DNA of 26,704 bases from a virus (taxonomy: Duplodnaviria > Caudoviricetes), in IMG/VR virus record IMGVR_UViG_3300025840_000207, positions 1-26,704 of that record, one strand, 5' to 3'. The notes under the pieces are model-generated. The model saw only the letters and a list, made by a program, of their open reading frames with translations. It searched no databases and was not told the DNA's origin. Positions 15,302-25,273 of the stretch are shown here, one piece after another (the first letter of the stretch is position 1; the number at the start of each line of letters is the position of its first letter). A program made the position numbers and the translations under genes.

Positions 15302-17233
15302 ATGGCTCTTTTACGTCAGTTTTACACCAACTTTACAGCAGGGGAGATTACACCCTTACTGTCTTCAAGGGTTGATTCAAACGCATATAAGAATGGTGTA
15401 AAAAGCCTAAAGAACTTTCGTATTCTATCTCAGGGCGGCATTAGACGTAGAGGTGGTTTGCGGTATCTTCAAGAACTTTCTGACATTCCATATCAAGCAG
15501 AGTCTTATGTTTATGACGAAGATGAAGCATATATTCTGTTATTCTCTAATACTCAGCTAGATGTTGTTGATGTATCTGACCCAACAAACATAGCAGACAC
15601 GATTACATCATGCCCTTGGACAACTAACGAAATAGGTGATTTAAGGGTGGCTCAGTCTGGGGACACAATGATTATTGTGCATCCAGATATGCTTATGCAA
15701 AAGCTTACCAGAACATCAGCTTCTACATTTAGTTTGGTTGACTTTGACTTTACGCATGATGGTGATGCTCATTATGAGCCTTTTTATCGCTTTGTTGACC
15801 CAGCAGTAACAATTACCCCACAAAACTCAAACACAGGTTCTCAAAACTTTACTGCCAGCACTTCTATTTTTTCATCTGCTTGGGTTGGTGAACATCTTGA
15901 ATACACAGACTCTGCTGGGACTGTAGTACACATTGAAATAACTGCTTACGTTTCTGGAACTGTAGTAACAGGAAACTTTAGCAAAGCAATAGCAAACACA
16001 AACGCTAGAGATACTTGGAAAGAGTCTGTATTTTCTGCAAGACATGGATACGCTAGAAGCGTTATGTTCCATGACCAAAGACTAATATTTGGCGGTTCAA
16101 GGGATTTGCCTAATCATTTATTTATGTCAAAAACAGGTGAATATTTTAATTTTGACGTAGGCACTGGGTTAGATGACGAGTCTATTCAAATCCAGATAGC
16201 TGAAAACCAAGTGTCTGAAATTAAGTCTTTATCTTCTTTTAGGCATTTAGCAATATTTACATCTGAGCAAGAACTTTATGTACCTACAACTGAAAACAAA
16301 CCTCTAACACCTACAACAATTGCTGTTAAGAAACAAACTTCATACGGTAGTGGTGAAGTAGTTCCTGTTGAGTTTGATGGTGCTGTTGTTTTTCTAACAA
16401 AATCAAAAGGTGCTGTAAGAGAGTTTGTATTTTCTGATATAAGCCAAGCTTATAATGCTGATGCCCTTACTTTGCTATCACCCCATTTAATTGGTGTTCC
16501 AACAGAAATGGTTGCCCAACGTGAAGCTGGCGACCAAGTAGAAGCTTATCTTTATCTTATAAATGAAGACGGTAAAATGCCTGTCTTTATGTCTATTCGT
16601 AAAGAACAGCTTCAAGGATGGGCTGAATGGTCAACCCAAGGCTCTTTCAAAAATAATGTTGTTGTAAACAGGGTTGTTTATGTAATCTGTGAAAGACAGA
16701 TAGATGGAAATACTTTTACTTCGTTAGAAGTTTTAGACAATCAATACCATACAGACAGCGCAATTAAAGACACTGACTCTACGGCAAAAACAAACTGGAC
16801 TGTAGCGCATCTTCCTAATACTCAGGTTGTTGTTAAATCTGGTAATTATGCAATGGGTACATACACAACAGACGCTAGTGGTAATTTTACACTAACAGCT
16901 GCTGTTGATAATATAGAAGTTGGCTTAGACTTTACGCCAGAATTAGTTACATTACCGCCAGAGTTTCAGCTCCCTGATGGGATATCTTTTGGACAAAAAA
17001 GAAGAGTGGTTCGTGCTGTTATAGATTTGAATGAGACTCTTAATGTAAAAACAAAAGGAACAACCTTATTGATTAGAAGAGTGACAAACAACTTTGCTAA
17101 TCAACCTGACCCTATCACTGGTCGTAAAGAAGTGTATTTACTAGGATGGGGTAATGAAGGTACTGTAACAATAACCCAAGACCAACCATTGCCTATAACG
17201 ATTAACGGTCTGTTGCTAGAGGTAGAAGTGTAA
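15302..17233 (+). CDS. Tail tubular protein B / nozzle (T7 gp12-like)
   Basis: NFTAGEITP, GGIRRRGG, AQSGD, FHDQRLIFGG, SKTGEYFNF; 643 aa. Confidence 0.9.
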   Translation: MALLRQFYTNFTAGEITPLLSSRVDSNAYKNGVKSLKNFRILSQGGIRRRGGLRYLQELSDIPYQAESYVYDEDEAYILLFSNTQLDVVDVSDPTNIADTITSCPWTTNEIGDLRVAQSGDTMIIVHPDMLMQKLTRTSASTFSLVDFDFTHDGDAHYEPFYRFVDPAVTITPQNSNTGSQNFTASTSIFSSAWVGEHLEYTDSAGTVVHIEITAYVSGTVVTGNFSKAIANTNARDTWKESVFSARHGYARSVMFHDQRLIFGGSRDLPNHLFMSKTGEYFNFDVGTGLDDESIQIQIAENQVSEIKSLSSFRHLAIFTSEQELYVPTTENKPLTPTTIAVKKQTSYGSGEVVPVEFDGAVVFLTKSKGAVREFVFSDISQAYNADALTLLSPHLIGVPTEMVAQREAGDQVEAYLYLINEDGKMPVFMSIRKEQLQGWAEWSTQGSFKNNVVVNRVVYVICERQIDGNTFTSLEVLDNQYHTDSAIKDTDSTAKTNWTVAHLPNTQVVVKSGNYAMGTYTTDASGNFTLTAAVDNIEVGLDFTPELVTLPPEFQLPDGISFGQKRRVVRAVIDLNETLNVKTKGTTLLIRRVTNNFANQPDPITGRKEVYLLGWGNEGTVTITQDQPLPITINGLLLEVEV

Positions 17234-17667
17234 TGGGCGTAGAAATGGCTATTGCTGGTGCTTTGATTGGTTTAGCTGGTGCTAGACAACAAAAAGCAGC
17301 CTATGAAATGGAAGCAAAAGCTTACGAAGAGCAAGCTGACATGGCTAAAATACAGGCTCGTCAACAAGAGTCTGAAAGACGTTCTCAGTTGCGTAAGCAA
17401 CTTGCTTCATTAGGGACATCTATGTCTTCTCAAGGAGTTGCCCTTACTCCAAACCAAGGTTCTGTGGGTGCTATTAAAAAAGCTGAGATAGATATAGCAA
17501 AAGCAGATATATCATCAATAAAGCTTATGGGCATGAGCAATAGAAGAAAATATGAAATTAGTGCGGCTGGCTCTAAAGCGGCAGGAAAAGCTACAATGAC
17601 TACTGCAATAGGACGTGCAGCTGGTCAAGGGTATAGTATTAGTCAAGGTGGGTCAGGATTTGCATAA
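17233..17667 (+). CDS. Internal virion (ejection) protein, gp14-like
   Basis: Hydrophobic Ala/Gly N-terminus, helical body, SSQGV; synteny. Confidence 0.7.
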   Translation: MGVEMAIAGALIGLAGARQQKAAYEMEAKAYEEQADMAKIQARQQESERRSQLRKQLASLGTSMSSQGVALTPNQGSVGAIKKAEIDIAKADISSIKLMGMSNRRKYEISAAGSKAAGKATMTTAIGRAAGQGYSISQGGSGFA

Positions 17668-20657
17668 TGGCTTTTAAACCAACAAAAGGAAGACAAGTAT
17701 TTACTCAACCTACAGGTATGCCTAATTTGTCTGGCTTTAAAGAAGCGGCAAGGGCGTACACAGAACTTGGTCAAATGGCGTTTAATATTGGAACTGACAT
17801 AACGAAGTCAGAGTACAATGACGCTATTCGTCAAGCTGAGATTGATGGTAAAACTGCTGGTGTAACATACGACAAAGACAATAACCTTGTTCCTTTGACA
17901 AATTTAAATTATGGCAAGGAAATATCTTTATTTGCAAAAAAAGACCAAGAAGCAGTTGCTAGTAAATACAGGCAGTCTGCCATAACAAGCTATGTTTCTG
18001 CCGCATCAAATGACATTAGAATTTCTGCTGAACAGTCATTAAGTGCTAATCCTAATGACCCTGATAAAATTAGAGCTAATTTAGATGGGTATCTTCAAGA
18101 GCTAAAGACTCTTGAGCCAGAAATTTTTGCTTCATTAGCTCCTAAAGCTGTAGCTGAATATACAATTGCTGAAAACAAAGCACTAGCTCAACAACAAAAA
18201 GAAGCTAAAGAGTATAACGTATCTCAAAATGTGAGTGCATTTAAAGCCAATGCAGTAAAGTTAGGTGTGCATACTGCAAAAGGTCCTGTTGATGAAGACT
18301 ACTTACCAGCAGAAGGCCAAGAGCTTTTAATTCAAGAAATACTTGAAGAACAAGACCAAATTAAACAGTCCCTTGAAGCTGACGGTGTATCTAAAGAGCA
18401 GATTCTACAATTAGAAAACACTCAAAATACAGTTGTCATGTCCAGGACATTTCAAGCGGCTGTAGAGCGTTCTTTTGAAATAAATGGAACTGCCGCAACT
18501 TACGAGTTGATTGCTGACCTAAAGATGAAAGCGGCACAATCACAGGGTATTGATTCTTCCGCAGTAGATAGTTTGCTAAACACCACAATGACTGGTCTTG
18601 TTGCAATATCTACAGCAAAAGAAAAAGAGCAAAAAGACTTTCTTACAAACATTTATCACGGTCTTTACAGAGATATTATCTTAGATAAGTTTAATATTAG
18701 AGATGCTGTAAATAATCCTGAACATCCTTTCCATGAATTAGATGGGACAAGACAGGGAACTTTGTTTACATTAGGCGTTTCCAGTACAAAGCAAATTAGC
18801 TCTGACTTAGAAACAGCTAATACTGCTGTGTACAACAATGCTTTAGCAGACCTTCAGAATCCTGAAGTAAGTGGCTTTGATAATATTCAAAGGTCTATGA
18901 GATTGATTAATAGTCTTGTAGATGAAAATGCATTAGGTGCTGACAGTTATAAACTTGGAGTTGAAGCTAGAGCTGAGTTTGCAAAGGCAGAACAATATTT
19001 CCTAACTCAAGGAGGAATGAAGCAAGGTTCTTTCATTCAAAGTGAGTTAGGTCCTATGTCTAGCTTTACGCATCCTCCAAGTTATTACAATAACGAAACA
19101 TATATTGCTGGTTTAGAAGCGCAAGGCGTTATTGGAGAGGGTGCTTATTTTCCAACTAGAAAACAGTATATAAACTTAGTAGAAGCTTATTCAAAGTTGT
19201 ACGAAACACGTTTTGATAACTTAAGACTTGCTAATAAAGGAACGCAAAAAGCCCTTAACAATATCATGCCAAGTGCCGCAGAAATGACGGCAATGGTAGA
19301 AGCTAATGGTTTTGACAAAGTGATTGTTAATGGTGGATTGGTTGACTTTAACTTACTGTCAGACGATGAAGCTGTTTATACAGCCAGTGTTGATGCTGTA
19401 GCCGCATTTGCAGTTGAAACAGATGGCCTTCTTCACCCAGAAGCAAAAGTTTTATTTGAGAACGCTAAAAATACTCCCGAAAATGCAAATAGAGCTTTGC
19501 AAATAATGGGTCAGGCTATGTCAGCTATTCGTGCAAAGAATGAAGGTGAGCGTGAGGAGTTTGTAGAAGCTAGGTTTTATAGAAACTTAGACATGGACAC
19601 TGTTCAGTTTTTAAGAGCTATTGACCGTGTAGGTGTTGAAAATGCTATGAAAGCATATTCTGTTACACCCAACATGAACAGAAATGCAAGCGGTATTGTA
19701 GCGAATGAAAAATATGGTGGAGAAAACTTTGATACCATATTTGAAAAAGCGTTCAGTGAAGCTGTTGAAGCAGAAGGTTTCCTTAAGTTTTTTCAACCGT
19801 CCATTACTCCAGAAGACAATCAAATGCTTTATCAAATGGCAGGTGAAGCTGGCTCAACAAATATTGAAGATGCTATTATTGCAGACCCTGTTATTGAACG
19901 CACTATAAAAGAAATGTTTAATAACACTATGATGAAACATCCAATGGCTGTGACAAAAGAAGTAGTAAGGGATGTTTTAGGTCAAATTGGTAAAAGAGTT
20001 GGTTTCCAGAAGAATCCTGATACAGGTGAAATAGAGTTAAGAAAAGACCCTATATTGCGTGTTGCACAAGCAACAACTGGTAATACAGGAATTACTTTAA
20101 AGCCCGAAGACATTGACAACGATATTAAAGATAAGATTTTTGCTAACCCTGAGTTGTTCAAAGAAATACCAAGATTAAGAAAAGAGCTTGCTAATGTTGG
20201 TCAAGACATGGTTGCTGGCGGTCGTCCAGGACCGACTCTTCATTATTTAGCAAATGAGACATACGGTGGTGAACCTACTTATGCGGTGGTTTTAAAAGAT
20301 AGCTACGGAAAGGTTCATGAACTGTTTCCTGCATATAGCTTTAACTTTAAAAACACAAAAGCTTTTGGTGACGATTTAAGTCAGTCCGCTTATAGCAAGG
20401 CTCTTTCTTCATTAACATCTGAGCGTTCAAAGCGTGTTTGGTCTGCTATTGGCGTTATGGACCAAACAATGATTAACTCTGTGTTTCGTCAAGTTGAAAG
20501 AAGAAGAAACGATAGGAGTCTAAATGGTTTGATTGGCATATATAATCAAACATTTGGTGGTTATAAAATGAACTACTTAGACGATTCGCCTCTTACAGAA
20601 GTTGAAGTAAAAGAGTTTATGGACATGATTGACTTATGGCGTCAGTTAGGCTGGTAA
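17667..20657 (+). CDS. Internal virion (ejection) protein, gp15-like
   Basis: 996 aa, helical; synteny between the small and large ejection proteins. Confidence 0.65.
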   Translation: MAFKPTKGRQVFTQPTGMPNLSGFKEAARAYTELGQMAFNIGTDITKSEYNDAIRQAEIDGKTAGVTYDKDNNLVPLTNLNYGKEISLFAKKDQEAVASKYRQSAITSYVSAASNDIRISAEQSLSANPNDPDKIRANLDGYLQELKTLEPEIFASLAPKAVAEYTIAENKALAQQQKEAKEYNVSQNVSAFKANAVKLGVHTAKGPVDEDYLPAEGQELLIQEILEEQDQIKQSLEADGVSKEQILQLENTQNTVVMSRTFQAAVERSFEINGTAATYELIADLKMKAAQSQGIDSSAVDSLLNTTMTGLVAISTAKEKEQKDFLTNIYHGLYRDIILDKFNIRDAVNNPEHPFHELDGTRQGTLFTLGVSSTKQISSDLETANTAVYNNALADLQNPEVSGFDNIQRSMRLINSLVDENALGADSYKLGVEARAEFAKAEQYFLTQGGMKQGSFIQSELGPMSSFTHPPSYYNNETYIAGLEAQGVIGEGAYFPTRKQYINLVEAYSKLYETRFDNLRLANKGTQKALNNIMPSAAEMTAMVEANGFDKVIVNGGLVDFNLLSDDEAVYTASVDAVAAFAVETDGLLHPEAKVLFENAKNTPENANRALQIMGQAMSAIRAKNEGEREEFVEARFYRNLDMDTVQFLRAIDRVGVENAMKAYSVTPNMNRNASGIVANEKYGGENFDTIFEKAFSEAVEAEGFLKFFQPSITPEDNQMLYQMAGEAGSTNIEDAIIADPVIERTIKEMFNNTMMKHPMAVTKEVVRDVLGQIGKRVGFQKNPDTGEIELRKDPILRVAQATTGNTGITLKPEDIDNDIKDKIFANPELFKEIPRLRKELANVGQDMVAGGRPGPTLHYLANETYGGEPTYAVVLKDSYGKVHELFPAYSFNFKNTKAFGDDLSQSAYSKALSSLTSERSKRVWSAIGVMDQTMINSVFRQVERRRNDRSLNGLIGIYNQTFGGYKMNYLDDSPLTEVEVKEFMDMIDLWRQLGW

Positions 20658-20658
20658 A

Positions 20659-23600
20659 ATGAACAATATTGACTGGAAATTTATTGAAGAGCGTGAAGGA
20701 AACAAGCTAACTGGCTATGTTCCTAATGCTAAAAACAGTAAATCTGGTGTTACTATTGCCAGTGGTTTTGACCTTGGTGCTAGAAACTTGTCAGATTTAT
20801 CTGGTCTTCCAGAAGATATTATAACTTTGCTAAAACCTTTTCTTGGCTTCAAAGGTGCTGAAGCACAAGAAATGGCAAAGAACCTTAAAGTAAGCCAAAC
20901 TCAAGCTGAGACTATAAATGAGTTTGCACATAAACAAGCCGCAGAAAATCTTGCATCTAAATGGAAAGCAAAAACAGGACAAGACTTTGCGGAGCTACCT
21001 AAAAACAAAGCCACAGTAATTGCATCTGTAGCTTTCCAGTATGGTGATTTAGAGACAAAAACTCCTAACTTCTGGAGACAGGTAACAGAAGATGATTGGG
21101 GTGCGGCTATAAAAAATCTTCGTGATTTTGGTGACGATTACGATACCAGAAGAAACTTAGAAGCTGACTTTGTAGAATCTGGCATGTCTGAGACAGAGCT
21201 TGAATCAAAAAAAAAATTTGAACAAGAGTTAGCTAGAGACAAGCAATACGGCATACAAGAAGCTATGATATCTGGCGAAGAGGGTGGTCTAGGTTCTGCT
21301 CCAACTGCTGATACAGCTCAGCCCCCTCAAGAAGTCATTGAAGATTTAGACATTCCTGCTGAAACAGTAGAAACGCTTCCTGTAACTGAAGAGGTTATGG
21401 AAGAACCTAATATTCAAGAAGTTCCTCAAGATAGCGGTTTGTCTGAAACATTGCCTACTCCCGGTGATATTTACGGTGGATATACACAGCTTTATGGAAA
21501 TGGTGAGCAATACGGTCAAAGAATACCATCTAAGCTAAATGAAGCTGATGAGTATGATTATCGTGTTTTTGATGAAGATGGCTGGGATGTATGGGGTGCT
21601 GCCTTTAGACAGCACAACTTTATTCCATCTCTTGTAAGAATGATTAGTGCTACTGATTCAAAGTATCAACCTGTAGCAGATTATGACCCTTTTCAAGACA
21701 AAGAGTTGATTAGCAAAGTGGGTAGTGACGGTACTTGGAGGTTTAGGAACTCTAAGTCACCAGCAGAATCAATGATGCTGTATGAAAGAATGCAGCAAGA
21801 CGCAGAAGACATGATGCTTTTGAACTCTACACCTTCTGTTAGCAAACAGCTAGTTGCTGGATTAGCAACGCCAACGACATTTGCTCCTATTGCTCCTTTG
21901 AAGGTATTGCAATCAGCAAATAGAACTAGACGTTTTGTTGGTGGTGCGGCATTTACAGCCGCATTAACTGCACCAGAACAGTTGCTTATTGATAGCCAGA
22001 ATACTCAAAGAGACACTAGCCATACAGCTATAATATTAGCAGGGGCTAGTTTGCTTGGTGGTGGTTTATCGGTTGCTTTTGGAAAAGCACCTAAGATTAT
22101 ACCTCAAGAGCAAAAACTATTAACCAATAAAACAACAAGTGATGGCGGTGAAGGATTGTATAGGCCTGCTGGTGCTGGTGTAAGCCCTGAAAAAGCAAGG
22201 GAAGCCGCTTATGCTCAAATGGAAAAAGAAGCCTTAGTGGAAACTGGTATTGGGGTTGAGAAAATAGGTTGGAATCCTGTTACCAGAATGCTGAAAAGTG
22301 AAAACCCATTTGTCAGAAACCTTGCTGTTGGCATGGTTGATGTTGGTGGAATGATGCAGAAAAAGGTTACAGACCTTGGGCTTGAAATGGACCAGTCTGT
22401 AGAAACAACCTTTAGAACTACATATTTCTCAAAGCTATTAGATAGCGTGAGAGCTTCTGATGAAGCTTATCTTGCATATAGAAACATTGCTGTACCAAAG
22501 ACAGATGCTGGTCGTGCTGTAACAATGATGAAAACAAAAGTTACAGATATGGTAAAAGGCGGTGATTCATTAGGAGAAGTACAGTTTAGGCATCGTGTAA
22601 GTATGGCTATGCGTAGAGGTGATGTAGATGAAATGAATGATGCGGCATCACCTTATGTAACAAGAGCCGCAAAAGAATACAGAAAGACTTTTAACTTCAT
22701 AAAGAAGGAAGCTGAATCTGTAAGGTTGTTTGAACGTGAGTTGAAAAAACAAATAGATGAAGCTGTAGAACCGGGTCTAAAAGCCGAACTAACTGAAAAG
22801 CTAAAGAAGCTTAGAGAGCAAGGCGTTACTGCTAATAATGCTGTAAGCTATCTTCCTAGAATATATCGTGTTGATAAGATTATGGATAATCAGCAAGGCT
22901 TTTTATCTATTGTAGAAAATTATGCTAGAAGAAGTTTACGACTAGATGCACAAGCGGCTAAATCTTACGCTAACGATGTATTAGATACTGTTACACACAG
23001 AAGGCCTTATGTAGACCTAGAAGGTGTTAGCGATAATCTTGATTGGATTAAAACACCATCTGGCGCACAAGCTAGAACACTAGATATTCCTGATGATTTG
23101 CTAGAAGAGTTTCTTGAAAATGATGTAGAAACACTTCTTCGTCATCATGTAAAGACTATGGGTATGGATATTGAGCTTACTCGTAAGTATGGTGATGTAA
23201 GTATGTCTGGTGTCCTTGATGATATAACCCAAGAGTACAACAGGCTTATGGGTAAAGTTGCGGAAAAAATAGATAGTATAGTTACTGGTCAAGGCATTTC
23301 CATAAAAGTCCACAGAGGAAGCGGCGGTAAAGGCAAAGTAAGCTTTGAAGAGTCTGCCTTAGGAGACGGTCTTTATTTTGCAACAAATGCAAAAACAGCA
23401 TCTAGGTTTGGTAAACAAGTAGATGAAGTAAATATTACTTTAAAAAACCCATTGAAAATTACATCAGATGATGAGCTTATGGCTTTGTTTAGACAGGCTG
23501 GTTTAAACGCAGACGAACTCCAAGCCGCTAAAAAAGCCTATGATGATTTTATGTCTGCTATGGCAGAAAAAAGAAAAAATCTTGGAACAGGAAAAAGTTT

Positions 23601-25266
23601 ATCTGAAAACAAAAAACTTACTGATGAATGGTTTGCAGAGTTTGACTCTGGATATAATAAAGTTGCCTCAAGTTATTCTGCTTTAAGACAGTCGTATATG
23701 AAACAATTGCGTCAGTGGGCAGAATCTAATGGTCACGATTCTATTTCAATAAATTTTGGCTTAGATGATTTTGACCAAGTAACCAAAGGCAAACTTACTC
23801 CATTAAAAATAATGGATGAATACGCCAATGTTACAGGAAAAGGTGGCAAACACCAAATATTAGAAGAAACCTTTTCTCATGACCAAGTGGTTGTTTTTAA
23901 CAAAAATTTTGATGATTACGGAAAGGTAGGGGCAACAAGGAATCAAGCAGATATTGATAGATTAGAAAAAGCAATGGAAGCAGACCTTCGTGATGTTCGT
24001 GGTCTGCGTGACAGATTGCGTGGTACATACGGTGCATCTAAAGACCCCCATGCTTTGTCTAGCAGATTTGTAAGAAACATGAAATCTATCAATACTCTTG
24101 CTGGAATGGGCAGTGCTGTTGTGTCTTCTGTTCCTGATATTGCTAGACTTGTTATGGTTGAAGGCTTTGAGAATGCTTATGCAAAAGGATTTTCTACATT
24201 ATTTAACAGGCAAGCAAAGCTAGTACGTCAATTAGGCAAAAAAGAATTAGACCAAGCGGCTATTGCCGTAGACGCAACTCTTGGCTTAAGAAGCCATGCT
24301 ATGTCTGATTTGGGTGATTTGTTTGGGTCAAGATATACTATTGAAAGAAAATTAAACCAAGCAACAGGTATGTTCTTTTTATTCAATGGTTTGAATATAT
24401 GGAATCAGGCACTTAAAGAAATGGCTGGTAACATGACAATGTTAAGGATGACTGAGGGTTTAATGAAACCTTGGTCAAAATTAACAAAAGCAGACCAAGA
24501 AAAGTTTTTAAAGAATGGCATTGGTCAGCAAGACCACATGCGTATGCAACAGCAAATACGTCAGTTTGGTAGGCAAGAAGGCAAAGAATGGCTACCTGAA
24601 TCAGAAGCTTGGACTGATGCCACAATGAGATTGAAGTTTAGAAATGCTCTAAATCAGAACGTAGAACGCATAATTATAACGCCTGGGGCTGGTGACAGAG
24701 CCTTATGGACATCTACTGAGTTTGGCTCAATGCTTACTCAGTTTAAGTCTTACGGTCAGGGGGCTATGGTAAGAATGCTTACTGCTGGCTTGCAAGAGAA
24801 AGACGGTGCTTTTTGGCAGGGTGCATTTTTGATTGTAGGTTTAGCTGGGATTATAAATGAAATCAAAAGATTACAGTACGGGATTGAATCCGATGAGGAT
24901 GTTGGAACAAAGCTAATCAATGCTATTGATAGGTCTGGCATAGGTGGATGGTTTACAGACGTTAATAATGCTATTGAAAAGATTAGTGACCATAAATTAG
25001 GTATGCGTCCTTTCTTTACTGACCAGCCACAGTATCAAATGCCTTTTGGAGCAAAGGCTGGTGCAGTTGCAGGACCTACAGCAAGCAATTTAATCAATAT
25101 GGCAGACGTTGCATCTGATGTTATTACATTTAACGCAGATGAGAAAACCTTAAGAAACTCTAGGTTTTTCTTTCCAACAGGCAATTTATTTTACTTAGAC
25201 CCCATATATGATGGAGTTTTTGGGGAAGGTAATGTGAATAGACAGCAAACTGGCAATAGGGAATAG
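20659..25266 (+). CDS. Large internal virion (ejection) protein, gp16-like, with N-terminal pesticin-type lysozyme and internal ART-like domain
   Basis: IDWKFIEEREG...GYVP...SGVTIASGFDLG...SVAFQYG...RRNLEA; SYLPRIY; C-terminal LTQFKSY and hydrophobic segments; internal HRG...GLYFAT...KNPL...GHDSI...QVVVF. Confidence 0.85.
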   Translation: MNNIDWKFIEEREGNKLTGYVPNAKNSKSGVTIASGFDLGARNLSDLSGLPEDIITLLKPFLGFKGAEAQEMAKNLKVSQTQAETINEFAHKQAAENLASKWKAKTGQDFAELPKNKATVIASVAFQYGDLETKTPNFWRQVTEDDWGAAIKNLRDFGDDYDTRRNLEADFVESGMSETELESKKKFEQELARDKQYGIQEAMISGEEGGLGSAPTADTAQPPQEVIEDLDIPAETVETLPVTEEVMEEPNIQEVPQDSGLSETLPTPGDIYGGYTQLYGNGEQYGQRIPSKLNEADEYDYRVFDEDGWDVWGAAFRQHNFIPSLVRMISATDSKYQPVADYDPFQDKELISKVGSDGTWRFRNSKSPAESMMLYERMQQDAEDMMLLNSTPSVSKQLVAGLATPTTFAPIAPLKVLQSANRTRRFVGGAAFTAALTAPEQLLIDSQNTQRDTSHTAIILAGASLLGGGLSVAFGKAPKIIPQEQKLLTNKTTSDGGEGLYRPAGAGVSPEKAREAAYAQMEKEALVETGIGVEKIGWNPVTRMLKSENPFVRNLAVGMVDVGGMMQKKVTDLGLEMDQSVETTFRTTYFSKLLDSVRASDEAYLAYRNIAVPKTDAGRAVTMMKTKVTDMVKGGDSLGEVQFRHRVSMAMRRGDVDEMNDAASPYVTRAAKEYRKTFNFIKKEAESVRLFERELKKQIDEAVEPGLKAELTEKLKKLREQGVTANNAVSYLPRIYRVDKIMDNQQGFLSIVENYARRSLRLDAQAAKSYANDVLDTVTHRRPYVDLEGVSDNLDWIKTPSGAQARTLDIPDDLLEEFLENDVETLLRHHVKTMGMDIELTRKYGDVSMSGVLDDITQEYNRLMGKVAEKIDSIVTGQGISIKVHRGSGGKGKVSFEESALGDGLYFATNAKTASRFGKQVDEVNITLKNPLKITSDDELMALFRQAGLNADELQAAKKAYDDFMSAMAEKRKNLGTGKSLSENKKLTDEWFAEFDSGYNKVASSYSALRQSYMKQLRQWAESNGHDSISINFGLDDFDQVTKGKLTPLKIMDEYANVTGKGGKHQILEETFSHDQVVVFNKNFDDYGKVGATRNQADIDRLEKAMEADLRDVRGLRDRLRGTYGASKDPHALSSRFVRNMKSINTLAGMGSAVVSSVPDIARLVMVEGFENAYAKGFSTLFNRQAKLVRQLGKKELDQAAIAVDATLGLRSHAMSDLGDLFGSRYTIERKLNQATGMFFLFNGLNIWNQALKEMAGNMTMLRMTEGLMKPWSKLTKADQEKFLKNGIGQQDHMRMQQQIRQFGRQEGKEWLPESEAWTDATMRLKFRNALNQNVERIIITPGAGDRALWTSTEFGSMLTQFKSYGQGAMVRMLTAGLQEKDGAFWQGAFLIVGLAGIINEIKRLQYGIESDEDVGTKLINAIDRSGIGGWFTDVNNAIEKISDHKLGMRPFFTDQPQYQMPFGAKAGAVAGPTASNLINMADVASDVITFNADEKTLRNSRFFFPTGNLFYLDPIYDGVFGEGNVNRQQTGNRE

Positions 25267-25273
25267 ATAAAGT

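Noticed and set aside
7342-24941. Numerous short antisense or out-of-frame ORFs within late genes
   Set aside because: Overlap well-supported genes; no RBS or motifs
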